Source: a virus
Direction: 5' to 3' (one strand)
Length of the DNA: 64,000 nucleotides
Virus record (IMG/VR): IMGVR_UViG_3300017956_000007
Coordinates: 20,466 to 84,465 of that record
Positions within the stretch are counted from its first letter, which is position 1; every line of letters begins with the position of its first letter. The position numbers and the translations under genes were made by a program. Shown piece by piece: positions 28,469-38,868 of this stretch. Under the pieces are notes generated by a model that worked only from the letters and a program-made list of their open reading frames with translations, ran no database searches and was not told the DNA's origin.

Positions 28469-31400
28469 ATTTTACCATTTGAATAATTTTATCAATTCCA
28501 TCAAAAACCATCTCAGTAGAGATATTTTTTGTACACTCAAACATTCTATCGGTTCCTTTATGATCCGGACACCAAAGCCAATCGCCTGGATCGAACTTAT
28601 GTCTATTATAGCAACTATTGCAAGTTTTGTCATTAAAAATCCTAACACATTTTGTGGAAAATTCTGAATTAGGATTACTAAACCCAGAAATTAATAAAAC
28701 GTGCTTATTCATAGACCATGCTAACCATGACAATCCTGACCCTAATCCTATGAAAAACTCAGATTTATTTATAGTCGCAATTGTCTGATTTAAAGTTCTA
28801 TTATGTCTCGGTATAATACCATCTGGACAATAGTTAAAATATTCACCCTGTCCAAAAGAAGGATGTTTGTCAATACAAACCACATCATACCCCTTAGTCT
28901 TTACATATTCAACAACTTTATTCCAAGCACCAGGATTATTCCAATATTTTGCCTGAGCAGTTGATTGCGTAGCAATTGCAACATAAGGTTTATTCAATTC
29001 GTATTCTTTTTCGTACACTGTAATTTTTGATGGTTTTTCCTTCCAATCCTTAAATCCTAAAATACTTGCGCACAATGTTTGCAATGGAACATCTTTACAA
29101 TCGACTGGAGACAAATCACATTTTTCAAAAAATCCTATTCTATATTGATGGTCAAAATCTTTAAATCCTGAATTAGGTTTTTCAAATTTTATTTCAGGAT
29201 ATTCATTTTCGAATAATTCATTGAAAAAAGTGCTACATATGACTTTACATTTATGTTTTTTTCTAAATGCTTCGACCGGTTCCATCCAAGCAATATTATC
29301 GCCTAATGCGGAAGAATCTAGCCAAATGAAAACTTTTTTATTTTCCATTTTCATATCATACACATGCACTAATTCTTCAGTTTTTTCATCAAAAATTTCA
29401 ATTTTCCAAGGTATAAAATAAGATAATGTTGATGCGGCCCAACAATTGTTTCCTATTTTAGTTTGAAAATGTATATAATCAGTTTCTGAATCTTTGAAAT
29501 TAATTTTAAAGTTTTTATCTACATTACCTTTTATAGACACATAAGGATTCGGGTTAACTGTTATATTATAATAAGATTTTTTTCTATCGTGTCTGTATTT
29601 ACTAAAATCATGTTCACTAGCATTTTTCAAATCATTTTGATATATGCTTATTAATCTTTCTCCCATATCCAATGGTATAGTTTGTTTCAATTCTTTTGCT
29701 CGGTAATAATATTTTTCTAAATTTAAAAAAATGTTATCCCAATCTCTTTCCATAGCAAATTTTCTAGCATCTTTTGATGACTGGTCTAAATCATTCAAAT
29801 GATGTAAAATACCCTCAACTATTGTATCCACACTTCTATCGCATTGATAAAAACCTGGTATTTTCATTTCATCTTGTAATGTTCCAACAACTGGCAATCC
29901 ACATGCCATTCCTTCTAGTACACCTAAACAAGGTTGTCCAGTTTCCATTGATGCCGGATGTACAATAATATCTTGTTCGGATAAAATATCTCTTAGATCT
30001 TTTTTGAAAACATTGCCTAATAGATTTATTTCTATGTCTTTTTTGCAATCGTTGTATATCTGATAAAAAACTTTATTGTAATCGTCATGTATAGAATCCG
30101 CTCCGACTATTGTTATAGGAAAGCCTAATTTATGGGCAGCCAAAATCGCTAAATGAAATCCTTTTCTATCGTCTCCCCCTCCAACACAAACCAATCTATT
30201 GCTTCTTTTTTTAGTATAATTGGGATAATAGAAATTAGTATCAACTCCATGATGTAAATGAAATAATTTATCCTGAGCATCAAAATATGATATGAATTTA
30301 TTGATAGGGGTTAAACTTAGAACAGAATTTTCAATTGTAGATTTTATTTGGTTATATGAATAACTATATTTTTCCTGTAATCCTACCCACGCATCATGAA
30401 CTGTATGAATAAACGGCACAAATTTATGTTTTAGTGAATCATTAAAATTAACCATATGATTATGAAAAACATCGTAATTTTCCAATTCCGTTTGTGTAAT
30501 TTCACTTAACCACATCAATTTTACGTTATGTCCTCTTCTCTTACCGGCATTGATATATTGACCAACAACTTCCTCAACACCTCCATAACCTTTAGGAGGT
30601 ATTTCTATACCGCATCCTGGATTTATTTGAATTATATTTAATTTTTCAAAATTATTATCATGAATTATACGTTCAAAGTTTTCGACAGGTAAATTTTCAA
30701 TTTCGCTTTTTTTCTCAGATTCTGGTTCACTAATTACCTCAACTATTTTCTTAATTTCTCCGTTTTTCGATCTTGTAATTAATGTGAACCTATTGTCTTT
30801 ATTATACCAGTTAAAATGATAATTTAAATCCGTCATCATACTAATAACATCAGATATTATGTCAATACCTGTTCTATTATTTTTCATTAAATGAGAATTA
30901 TCACAAAAAATTACAATCTCACAGTTAAAACTCAAGTTATTTTCAATAGATTCTATAAATTTTGATATTTCTTCTACAGTATCTTCAAGATTTATTTTAA
31001 TGAAAAAATAATCAACGTTTTTAACTCCATCGAAAAAAACATTGTGATCAAAAAATAATTTTTTCAATTTTTCTTTTTTAAGAATATCATATTTAAAATT
31101 TAAGAAACTAATATTTTTAGCTTGAATTTCATGATTTAGATATGATATGTAAGTTGATTCCGCTGAATCATATATATCATCAAAATATTTTAAATTTCTA
31201 GGATATTCTAAAATAAAATTTTTTCTTCTTTCTTTAGCATCAATTGCTAATTGTGCCTCTCCTCTTGTATTCCAATTTCTGTAATTCTCGGAATCATTAT
31301 GGTCTCTTGCCAAATAAGTAGTTCTTGGAATTGTAATCCATTTACCTCTCTCTTCCATCATTAATAACCACTGTCCATCATTAGAAGAACATGCTTCTCC

Positions 31401-31961
31401 GTCTTTATGTACAGGAAATTTAATGCCTGGCAAATTTCTAAAAATTCTTAAATATCCAAAAATATTTGTTCTATTTGGCCATAATTTTTCAAATCCTTCA
31501 AGAAAAGAATCATTATCGGTTGTCATAAAAACGTTATCTTTGAAATTCGACAAAAAATCCTGATTAGATTTTATAGTAAAATTATCATAGTATTTGTTCG
31601 CATTAAAATGCATCAAAACACTCTCTGGAAACAAATTAAAATAATAATTTATACGTTTTAACGTATTAGGCAATATAAAATCATCAGAATCAATGTGACA
31701 AACTATATCTCCAGTAGCGTGTGTCTGGGGATTCCACCATATTTCTTTTTTATATTTTGGTTGTATAATTTTTATTCTATCATCTCTGAGACTGATATCA
31801 TTGATAATTTCCAAAGTTTTATCATTAGAAAAATCATCTGATATTAACCATTCCCAATTATCATAATTTTGACATAATATAGATTCTGCGGTTTCTCGTA
31901 TATATTTTTCAGCATTAAAACATGAAGTTATTAATGACAATTTCAATTCATCATACATCAA
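28455..31961 (-). CDS. Three-domain glycosyltransferase: GT2 + GT4 + TibC/Aah-type heptosyltransferase-like domain
   Basis: N-terminal LSLITSCFNAEKYI..EWLISDDFS.D..HIDSDD (GT2); central IPPKGYGGVEEVV..HGVDTNFY..RKGFHLAI..E..C...LEGMACGLPVVGT (GT4); C-terminal ALGDNIAW..YVAIATQSTAQAKYWNNP..FFIGLGSGLSWLAW..LISGFS..CNSC..WCP.H.GT.RMFEC (TibC/Aah). Confidence 0.88.
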   Translation of the reverse strand: MMYDELKLSLITSCFNAEKYIRETAESILCQNYDNWEWLISDDFSNDKTLEIINDISLRDDRIKIIQPKYKKEIWWNPQTHATGDIVCHIDSDDFILPNTLKRINYYFNLFPESVLMHFNANKYYDNFTIKSNQDFLSNFKDNVFMTTDNDSFLEGFEKLWPNRTNIFGYLRIFRNLPGIKFPVHKDGEACSSNDGQWLLMMEERGKWITIPRTTYLARDHNDSENYRNWNTRGEAQLAIDAKERRKNFILEYPRNLKYFDDIYDSAESTYISYLNHEIQAKNISFLNFKYDILKKEKLKKLFFDHNVFFDGVKNVDYFFIKINLEDTVEEISKFIESIENNLSFNCEIVIFCDNSHLMKNNRTGIDIISDVISMMTDLNYHFNWYNKDNRFTLITRSKNGEIKKIVEVISEPESEKKSEIENLPVENFERIIHDNNFEKLNIIQINPGCGIEIPPKGYGGVEEVVGQYINAGKRRGHNVKLMWLSEITQTELENYDVFHNHMVNFNDSLKHKFVPFIHTVHDAWVGLQEKYSYSYNQIKSTIENSVLSLTPINKFISYFDAQDKLFHLHHGVDTNFYYPNYTKKRSNRLVCVGGGDDRKGFHLAILAAHKLGFPITIVGADSIHDDYNKVFYQIYNDCKKDIEINLLGNVFKKDLRDILSEQDIIVHPASMETGQPCLGVLEGMACGLPVVGTLQDEMKIPGFYQCDRSVDTIVEGILHHLNDLDQSSKDARKFAMERDWDNIFLNLEKYYYRAKELKQTIPLDMGERLISIYQNDLKNASEHDFSKYRHDRKKSYYNITVNPNPYVSIKGNVDKNFKINFKDSETDYIHFQTKIGNNCWAASTLSYFIPWKIEIFDEKTEELVHVYDMKMENKKVFIWLDSSALGDNIAWMEPVEAFRKKHKCKVICSTFFNELFENEYPEIKFEKPNSGFKDFDHQYRIGFFEKCDLSPVDCKDVPLQTLCASILGFKDWKEKPSKITVYEKEYELNKPYVAIATQSTAQAKYWNNPGAWNKVVEYVKTKGYDVVCIDKHPSFGQGEYFNYCPDGIIPRHNRTLNQTIATINKSEFFIGLGSGLSWLAWSMNKHVLLISGFSNPNSEFSTKCVRIFNDKTCNSCYNRHKFDPGDWLWCPDHKGTDRMFECTKNISTEMVFDGIDKIIQMVKYENK

Positions 31962-32984
31962 TTACCTTTTAAAATAAATTGTAGTTGTTTTTTTAATATT
32001 ATTGACTAATGTTTGATCATTTAAATCAAAAGTTTTTATCAACTCATCATTCATAAAAATTTCTATCAATTGACCTTTATTAAATTTAACTAGATTATAA
32101 AAACCTTTCATAAAAAATGAATCCGATACTATTTGATTATCTACAACTATTTTCATTTTCATATCAATAAAATGATTTAAATGAAATATATAATCTTCTT
32201 CATTATCACCTATATAAAGTGCCACCCAAGGTTTTGTTTCTTCTATGTGCATCCTATCTTGTTCAAATTGTATTCGATTCAAATTAGGAACAAAATCGAT
32301 TAATTCCACATTTGAATTTTTTTCATCATTGTATTTTGTCAATCCCAAAACATAAGCAAAAAACTCCTCACCTGGTAAGAATTGATACTTCAAAGTTATT
32401 TCTTTTTGAACTTCTAAATCCAAATACTTCATAAAGCGTTCATACATATAATCTACGTTTCCGGACATCAATCTTGTAGTAACTTGCATTTTGCCGTGAG
32501 TGTCGGAATTGTCTTCACTGGACCAATAATAAAAAACACCATCTAATTTTTTAGATAATATCTTATATTCATTCATAATCAATTCATGTGGACTTTTAAT
32601 AAGACCATCATAATCCATGATATGAATAATTTTTTTTCTTAAAATTTTTGCATAATTAATACCCAAAGTTAATAATCTGTAAACCGCAAAAGTTGTATTG
32701 TGACCATGAAATTGTTTTGTTGATAAATCAAACCCATCTGTGTAATACGTTATATAACCTAAATATTCTGGATCTTTTAACACAATATTGTCTTTATCAT
32801 AAACAAAATAATCAACTTTTTCCTGAATTTCTTTTGACACCGGTGTATGGGTAGTTAATATTATTTCATAATTAAAATATTTTATATTATTAATCAACTC
32901 TAAACAACATTTTATTCTCTCAGGAGTTGAAAGATGGGCATGAATTAATACAATAGAATCAGAGGACATATGTGATGTCTCCAT
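31962..32984 (-). CDS. Hypothetical protein, possible GT-A fold glycosyltransferase
   Basis: IILTTHTPV..IQEKVDYFVYDKDN and a DYD (DxD-like) motif; located between two glycosyltransferases. Confidence 0.55.
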   Translation of the reverse strand: METSHMSSDSIVLIHAHLSTPERIKCCLELINNIKYFNYEIILTTHTPVSKEIQEKVDYFVYDKDNIVLKDPEYLGYITYYTDGFDLSTKQFHGHNTTFAVYRLLTLGINYAKILRKKIIHIMDYDGLIKSPHELIMNEYKILSKKLDGVFYYWSSEDNSDTHGKMQVTTRLMSGNVDYMYERFMKYLDLEVQKEITLKYQFLPGEEFFAYVLGLTKYNDEKNSNVELIDFVPNLNRIQFEQDRMHIEETKPWVALYIGDNEEDYIFHLNHFIDMKMKIVVDNQIVSDSFFMKGFYNLVKFNKGQLIEIFMNDELIKTFDLNDQTLVNNIKKTTTIYFKR

Positions 32985-35634
32985 CCTTTAATAATGAAGT
33001 TCCATCTTTAAATGATTTATCTAGATATGAATTACCGGAACATTGTATTGAGTATGGGTTTTTTGTGATACCTCCAACCATTTCATTTAATACATTATTA
33101 TTTAACCACAAATCATATGTGTCCCATCCTGTTTTTTCAAATTTATTTAAAAAATATTCTCTACAATTTGCAGGAATTAAATAACAATGCGCTTCTGACA
33201 TTCTGTTTGTCACATCAAAATATTTATTTCGTTTTTGATAATGCCATTCAACAATCCTTTTACCAAAATTCATATATTTTAAATCAAATTCCATTAAATC
33301 ATCAAATCTATCAGTTATTTCTTTATAAACTTCAAAAATTGGTTTAATAAAAATTGCATCACATTCACAAAATAAAACCGCATCTACCTCATCATTCAAA
33401 TGCTCTAACATTGCCTTATAATGTGCCAAATAATTACCGTAATGGGCAGGAGTTAATTTATAATGTCCGGGTTCCATTTGAACATCATCTGGTCTGGCAC
33501 AACTCTCTTTAGGAGGCATGTCAGAATATTTTTTGTTAATCATTTGAACATATTTCCATCCAGAATATTCAGCTAATTTTGTCAAATGTTCTATCGATTT
33601 TTTTTCACGTTCACCTTCAATGTCAACTAACATGTGTACTATTTTAATTTTAGGTACTCTAGATGCCCATAGGTTTCCTAATCCTCCATCAACAATTTCT
33701 TTATCAAATTTAACATCATATCCTAATTTTTTTAACCTATCAATCAATTTACTGGATCTTAAAATTCTAGATTCTAAAGAATTATCATTATTGAAAAAAT
33801 CATGCACTTCCATTGTGATTTTTCGTATGCGATGCTTCAACATATGATCGGAAATGGTAGGCATAATATTCCATTCTGCCCCTTCACAATCTAATTTTAA
33901 CACATCTATTCTATCAACATCATTATTTTTCATGAATGTGTCAAAATTTATAGTTCTAACTTCTTCAATTTTTTTCTTTCCTAAAGTAGTTGGATTTTCT
34001 TCAGAAGTATTAAAACTATCATAAAAAGTATTCACTGCCGAAGAACCTAAGATTTTAAATTCTGAAGTTCCATTTTTATCGGACAATGCCATGTTAAATT
34101 TCTTGACTTGATCATAACCTTTTAAATTTTCACACAATATTTCAAATGTTTTTTTTGCCGGCTCAAATGTGAAAATTTTTGAGGCTCCTTTACTCAAACA
34201 ATATAGGTCAAAAAGACCATAATGACCACCAACATCTAAAACAACATCACCTTGCAATATATTTACGTATTTGTAACATTCTTGATAAAAAACTTCATAT
34301 AATGTAAACCAAGATGCAGGATCATCTTGAATACCCTTTATATTTACATCAACATCATTGATCTTAATATCATCAATTTGATTATCAAAATCAAATGTTT
34401 TCTCATATAAAATATGATGCTCATCCATTAAATTGCCATCAGTTAAACTTGAAAAATAGTCACCAGGAGCATCATAAATTTTTAGATTAATTCCTCCCAG
34501 AATTTTTTGAGAACAATTAGGTTGAACCCAAAGATTAGGACTAAAAATTTTTGATCTGTAAACTAATAAATTAGTTTTTGTATCAAACAAACAAACCAAT
34601 TTATTTTCAAGACATTTAAAATAATCTCCAGTGGAGATTGATATTTTAGTATCATCTTCTAATTTACATGAAATAAAGTTTTCGGTGATGTTCAATTTTC
34701 TCAAAATTTTTAATTTATTTACCTCAAAATTATCATTAGTCAAATATGTTACCTTATCATCTAACTTATTCAAATAAGAATCTAACTTATATACAATAGT
34801 AGGCATTTTCCAACTTAATGCTTCTTTTATCGCTAAAGGATTTGTTTCCTTATCATGTACATTGCCCCTAGATGTGAATAAAAATAAATCCATACAGGAA
34901 TAAAAATTATCAACATCGGATCTTTCACCCCATATTTTACAATTATCAGGAATGTCACTCATCAATGGTTCCCAATATGATTTAAAATTAGGTGCCATAT
35001 TTCCGACAAAATGAAATTCTATAGGAAATTGTCTTAGACTTTTTGCATATTCTATAATTTCTGCCTGATTTTTTCTAGGTGTAAATAGACCTACATTTAA
35101 AACATGATACTTTTCAGGATCTAAATTTAATTGCTTCAAACCTTCTATTCTATCACGTTTATCTTTTATAGGAACTGGATATTCTATTACAGAACTTGGA
35201 ATTTTTAAGGAAGAAAAATTATGTACCTGATTGTCACTACAAAATAAAAATCTATCAGGCAAAAATACTTTATTTGAAGGTTCGAAAGATGAATCGTGAG
35301 ATGTTTCGAAAATTAAATATTTTCTTTCTGTATTGTATATTTTTTTAGAAATATCTTGACTCATGAAAAATTCAGGCATTTCCTCAAAATGAATAATATC
35401 AGGTTGAATTTTTTCTATAATTTGAAAAATTTCTTCCTTTTCCTCTCCAAGAGTAAAAACTTTATCATTTAATAAATTAATTATTTTGTTTTTTTGTACT
35501 CTGTAAATTCCGTAGTCGTTATATTCTATGACATAAATATTATAAATATTTTTCAAAAATTCTATTTTTTTTAATAGATACTGAGGAGCTCCTCCAGTTG
35601 ACAAATGAGGAGTAATGTACAATATATTTTTCAT
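32959..35634 (-). CDS. Fusion of GT4 glycosyltransferase + FkbM-family methyltransferase + GT-A-like domain
   Basis: ILYITPHLSTGGAPQY..NVGLFTPRKNQ..GERSDV..DLFLFTS..E.NPL.IKEA (GT4); VLDVGGHYGLF..FEP..IDVLKLDCEGAE..MEVH (FkbM); C-terminal HYGNYLAH..ECDA..AHCY. Confidence 0.85.
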   Translation of the reverse strand: MKNILYITPHLSTGGAPQYLLKKIEFLKNIYNIYVIEYNDYGIYRVQKNKIINLLNDKVFTLGEEKEEIFQIIEKIQPDIIHFEEMPEFFMSQDISKKIYNTERKYLIFETSHDSSFEPSNKVFLPDRFLFCSDNQVHNFSSLKIPSSVIEYPVPIKDKRDRIEGLKQLNLDPEKYHVLNVGLFTPRKNQAEIIEYAKSLRQFPIEFHFVGNMAPNFKSYWEPLMSDIPDNCKIWGERSDVDNFYSCMDLFLFTSRGNVHDKETNPLAIKEALSWKMPTIVYKLDSYLNKLDDKVTYLTNDNFEVNKLKILRKLNITENFISCKLEDDTKISISTGDYFKCLENKLVCLFDTKTNLLVYRSKIFSPNLWVQPNCSQKILGGINLKIYDAPGDYFSSLTDGNLMDEHHILYEKTFDFDNQIDDIKINDVDVNIKGIQDDPASWFTLYEVFYQECYKYVNILQGDVVLDVGGHYGLFDLYCLSKGASKIFTFEPAKKTFEILCENLKGYDQVKKFNMALSDKNGTSEFKILGSSAVNTFYDSFNTSEENPTTLGKKKIEEVRTINFDTFMKNNDVDRIDVLKLDCEGAEWNIMPTISDHMLKHRIRKITMEVHDFFNNDNSLESRILRSSKLIDRLKKLGYDVKFDKEIVDGGLGNLWASRVPKIKIVHMLVDIEGEREKKSIEHLTKLAEYSGWKYVQMINKKYSDMPPKESCARPDDVQMEPGHYKLTPAHYGNYLAHYKAMLEHLNDEVDAVLFCECDAIFIKPIFEVYKEITDRFDDLMEFDLKYMNFGKRIVEWHYQKRNKYFDVTNRMSEAHCYLIPANCREYFLNKFEKTGWDTYDLWLNNNVLNEMVGGITKNPYSIQCSGNSYLDKSFKDGTSLLKDGDITYVL

Positions 35635-35670
35635 GAATCCACCTTTACATATTTTAATTTTTATACAGAT

Positions 35671-35690
35671 ATATATACTATAGTATATAT
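35671..35690. repeat. Perfect 20-bp palindrome in a divergent intergenic spacer
   Basis: atatatacta|tagtatatat. Confidence 0.9.
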
Positions 35691-35705
35691 TTAATAATTT
35701 GTCAA
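35677..35705 (-). promoter_or_regulatory. Sigma70-type promoter for the leftward GT-ClpP-gp33-gp59-gp32 run
   Basis: On the - strand: TTGACA (35705-35700), 17 nt spacer, TATAGT (35682-35677); AGGTGG Shine-Dalgarno before the ATG at 35634. Confidence 0.7.
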
Positions 35706-35720
35706 TGAAAAAGGATTTTG

Positions 35721-37019
35721 ATGCCGAGACCTTTAGTATATAAAGAAAATACTAGTGGAACTGAATTTGGTCTATATGAACTTACCGATAGCCAATTAGA
35801 ACTACTATCATATCTAGTTAGAGCTAGATATGCGGAAAAATTAGCAGATATCAGTAGTACAACCAGTGGAATAAGAGGACAAATCTATCTCAAAACATTT
35901 TCAAATTCGGCCCCTAGACGAGGAACAACATCGGACTATTTTTCGGGGAGTTTTAGAGACTCTAGAAGAGATTATGCTTTATCAGGAAATTTGTCTGCCT
36001 CTGACGATAGACTTGGGTCTGATTTATTTAGTGGACCATCGTCAGCAGCACAACTAACTGTAGAAGATGTGCCTGGTGCAACATTAACCGATAATAAACT
36101 GATTTCTAATTTTGGTCCTGCACCCTCTGCTGTACCAAGTTATACTACTGGAGGATACACATTTACACCAAGAAGTTATGACAGTTATATGTTATATCAA
36201 AGAAGCGCACAAGAATTAACGCCTTCTGATGCAGATACAAATGAAAATGGGTTTTTAATTTATACATCAAGAAGTCTTAAACCTGCAGGGAAAGATAGAT
36301 CTGTCATAACAGAATTACTCTCAGATTGTTACACCCAAATGAAAACGGGAGATGGAGTTGGAACATATTATGTTGATAAGAGTACAGCAACAAAACCTGG
36401 GGGACAAACAAATGGAACCTTCGTAAACATGGGAACATTTTTTATCGATACAAGATCACAAGTCAGTAGTGTAACAACAACTTCCATGACTATTGATGCG
36501 GATGGATACCCTAGAGGTAAAAACTATGGTTCTGTTGTAGAACAGCACAATTTACCTAATATGTCATATGCTTGGGGTGTTGTTGTTACATATAATTATT
36601 GGGTAAAAACAGAAGATACTGCTTTTGATGTTTCGGGGGGAACAAAACAATTTAGTAATTTAATGTTTTTAAAAAATGATGGTCATAAATTATTAAGAAA
36701 AGATAGAACTTCAACTTCTGCCCCAACAAGTACTTCTGATTTGAAGACTAAATATGGAGTATTTATGGATATGATAGATAAAGTAATAATTCCTCAATTT
36801 GCTAACGGATCTGATTTACCAACTTATTACAAAACAAATAATAATCCTCCATCCCCTGCTTCGAAAATAAGAGGAACTATAGAAGATACATATTATGCAG
36901 GAACAAATACTTATTTGTACAGATCAACTTCAGGATTAACATATAAGAGACTTGATATTCCAAAAATAGACAACAACAATGTCTTTACAACAACTATGTA
37001 TTGGTATATTAATAATTAA
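35721..37019 (+). CDS. Ser/Thr/Tyr/Gly-rich putative virion protein, paralogue A1
   Basis: AAGGA then ATG at 35721; composition typical of structural proteins; shares RPL..L.D..L..LSY.VR..YA and DGVG.Y..GT.VNMG...DT with 37826-38857. Confidence 0.7.
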   Translation: MPRPLVYKENTSGTEFGLYELTDSQLELLSYLVRARYAEKLADISSTTSGIRGQIYLKTFSNSAPRRGTTSDYFSGSFRDSRRDYALSGNLSASDDRLGSDLFSGPSSAAQLTVEDVPGATLTDNKLISNFGPAPSAVPSYTTGGYTFTPRSYDSYMLYQRSAQELTPSDADTNENGFLIYTSRSLKPAGKDRSVITELLSDCYTQMKTGDGVGTYYVDKSTATKPGGQTNGTFVNMGTFFIDTRSQVSSVTTTSMTIDADGYPRGKNYGSVVEQHNLPNMSYAWGVVVTYNYWVKTEDTAFDVSGGTKQFSNLMFLKNDGHKLLRKDRTSTSAPTSTSDLKTKYGVFMDMIDKVIIPQFANGSDLPTYYKTNNNPPSPASKIRGTIEDTYYAGTNTYLYRSTSGLTYKRLDIPKIDNNNVFTTTMYWYINN

Positions 37020-37037
37020 ATTATTTAAGGTAAAATA

Positions 37038-37823
37038 ATGGAAAACACTGATAATGTTGTAATATCAACAATTGAAACTTCAAACGATGAAATTATTGCA
37101 AATAATGAATCCGTAAATGTGTATATTCAAGAGAGTGATAGTGCTAGTGATAGTACGATAGAAAATCCTGAATATTTCTCAAATGAAACTGATGAATCCT
37201 CCATAACTGATATTTCATCAGAAACAGAATTAGAAAGTGATGAATCGGTAAATGAATTAGATGAGGAAATTGAAGAGGAAGAAATAGAATTATTTACAAT
37301 AAATGGCGTTACGTTAACTAACAAAATGCATGATCCTTGTCCAGAATTTAGACCGATATATGCACATTTTAATGATGAAAAAAATACGGTGGTTAGAATA
37401 TTTTTCATTAGTCTAGATGAAAATGAAAAAGGAGAAACATATTGGTCAAAGTTGCAAAATGGTTTATTTTCTTATCAAAAACCCATACCCGAAATACAGA
37501 AACTTTCAATATTTTTCAGTGAACAAGACTTAATTGACAATCACAATAAACTAATATATGATGATTTAGAATTTCAAAGAGAAGTTTTTAATTACATGGA
37601 ATGGAAAGCTACAGGATTATCAGGATCCGAAGAAAAAATTACTTTAAATAACATTAAACAATTAAGTTCAGAAGCACTTTTTAAAATAAAATTAGAATTA
37701 TTTGAAGAAGCCGTCATTCAAGAATGCGAAAGTGTTGAATTAAGAGCCAATTTGAGAAAATCAAATAATTTAATAGAATTGTTTTATCATTATCAAACTA
37801 TTTTAAATCAAAGTAAAGAATAA
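37038..37823 (+). CDS. Acidic hypothetical protein, paralogue B1 (possible chaperone)
   Basis: Very acidic N-terminus; C-terminal EWK..G..LFKIKLELFE..ELRANLRKSNNLIEL.YHY shared with 38869-39399. Confidence 0.7.
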   Translation: MENTDNVVISTIETSNDEIIANNESVNVYIQESDSASDSTIENPEYFSNETDESSITDISSETELESDESVNELDEEIEEEEIELFTINGVTLTNKMHDPCPEFRPIYAHFNDEKNTVVRIFFISLDENEKGETYWSKLQNGLFSYQKPIPEIQKLSIFFSEQDLIDNHNKLIYDDLEFQREVFNYMEWKATGLSGSEEKITLNNIKQLSSEALFKIKLELFEEAVIQECESVELRANLRKSNNLIELFYHYQTILNQSKE

Positions 37824-37825
37824 AA

Positions 37826-38857
37826 ATGGCAACAAATAGACCTTTAAGATTTGATGAAACGGTCAAATCATTTAGACAAATGAGTGATGCAGAATTAGAT
37901 ATTTTGAGTTATGTTGTAAGAAAAAAATATGCACAATTATTGAGTAGCGGTACCGCTACCATTGGAGGAAAAATTTCTCCGGGCACATCTGCTTCTAATT
38001 ATTCCTCATTAGGATCAGTAACAGATACAAAAACCTTACAATATACTGCTACTAACGCAGACAGTCCAACTGGTGGTGCAGATAACATATTTCCAACAAC
38101 ATTAAATTCATCATATCATCAAGAAACTGAAACGATTTATAATTATAGACAATATATACCTTCAATCAATTTATCCTCATCAACACTTAATTCTTACAGT
38201 TATCTTGTTTATGATCAAAATACAAAAACTTTTAAAATTGAAGGTGACATTTCCAATATATTCGACACTATCGTAAGTGATTGTGTGAACAAAATACATG
38301 ATCCTAACAGTGATGGTGTCGGATCATATCATTTTGGTTTATCCTCTCCAACGACAGGAACATACGTAAATATGGGAATGATATATCAAGATACGACATA
38401 TTGGAATAGTACAGTACAATTTAATCATTATATTAAAACGGCTGCCGATAATGAAAACGATATACTAAACGATGCCAGTGCATATAAATATATATCAAGA
38501 TACATAGGAATTGTTGATGGCAGTGTTAAAATATCAGAAATACCAATAAATGATATCACAGAAAATATAGTAGTTGATATACTAGAAAAAATATTGGAAA
38601 AAAGATTTCCAAAATACACATTAACAAGAGTAGGAAGCACAGATTCAACAACAACTGCTACCACAACAATGGCAGGCTACACCTCAAATAATTTTGGTTT
38701 TTTACATGAAAGATTTGTATTTTCTTCATATACCGTAGTATCCACTTCTGGTGTATCAGGAGGAACTTACACAGCAAACTATCAACCAGATAACAATAGT
38801 TATAGATATAATGTATGGGCATTGACTGCCAATGGTTATAATACAACTGATTTATAA
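37826..38857 (+). CDS. Ser/Thr/Tyr-rich putative virion protein, paralogue A2
   Basis: MATNRPLRFD..QMSDAELDILSYVVRKKYA; SDGVGSY..GTYVNMG..QDT; Thr run STTTATTT. Confidence 0.7.
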   Translation: MATNRPLRFDETVKSFRQMSDAELDILSYVVRKKYAQLLSSGTATIGGKISPGTSASNYSSLGSVTDTKTLQYTATNADSPTGGADNIFPTTLNSSYHQETETIYNYRQYIPSINLSSSTLNSYSYLVYDQNTKTFKIEGDISNIFDTIVSDCVNKIHDPNSDGVGSYHFGLSSPTTGTYVNMGMIYQDTTYWNSTVQFNHYIKTAADNENDILNDASAYKYISRYIGIVDGSVKISEIPINDITENIVVDILEKILEKRFPKYTLTRVGSTDSTTTATTTMAGYTSNNFGFLHERFVFSSYTVVSTSGVSGGTYTANYQPDNNSYRYNVWALTANGYNTTDL

Positions 38858-38868
38858 AAAGGAACATT

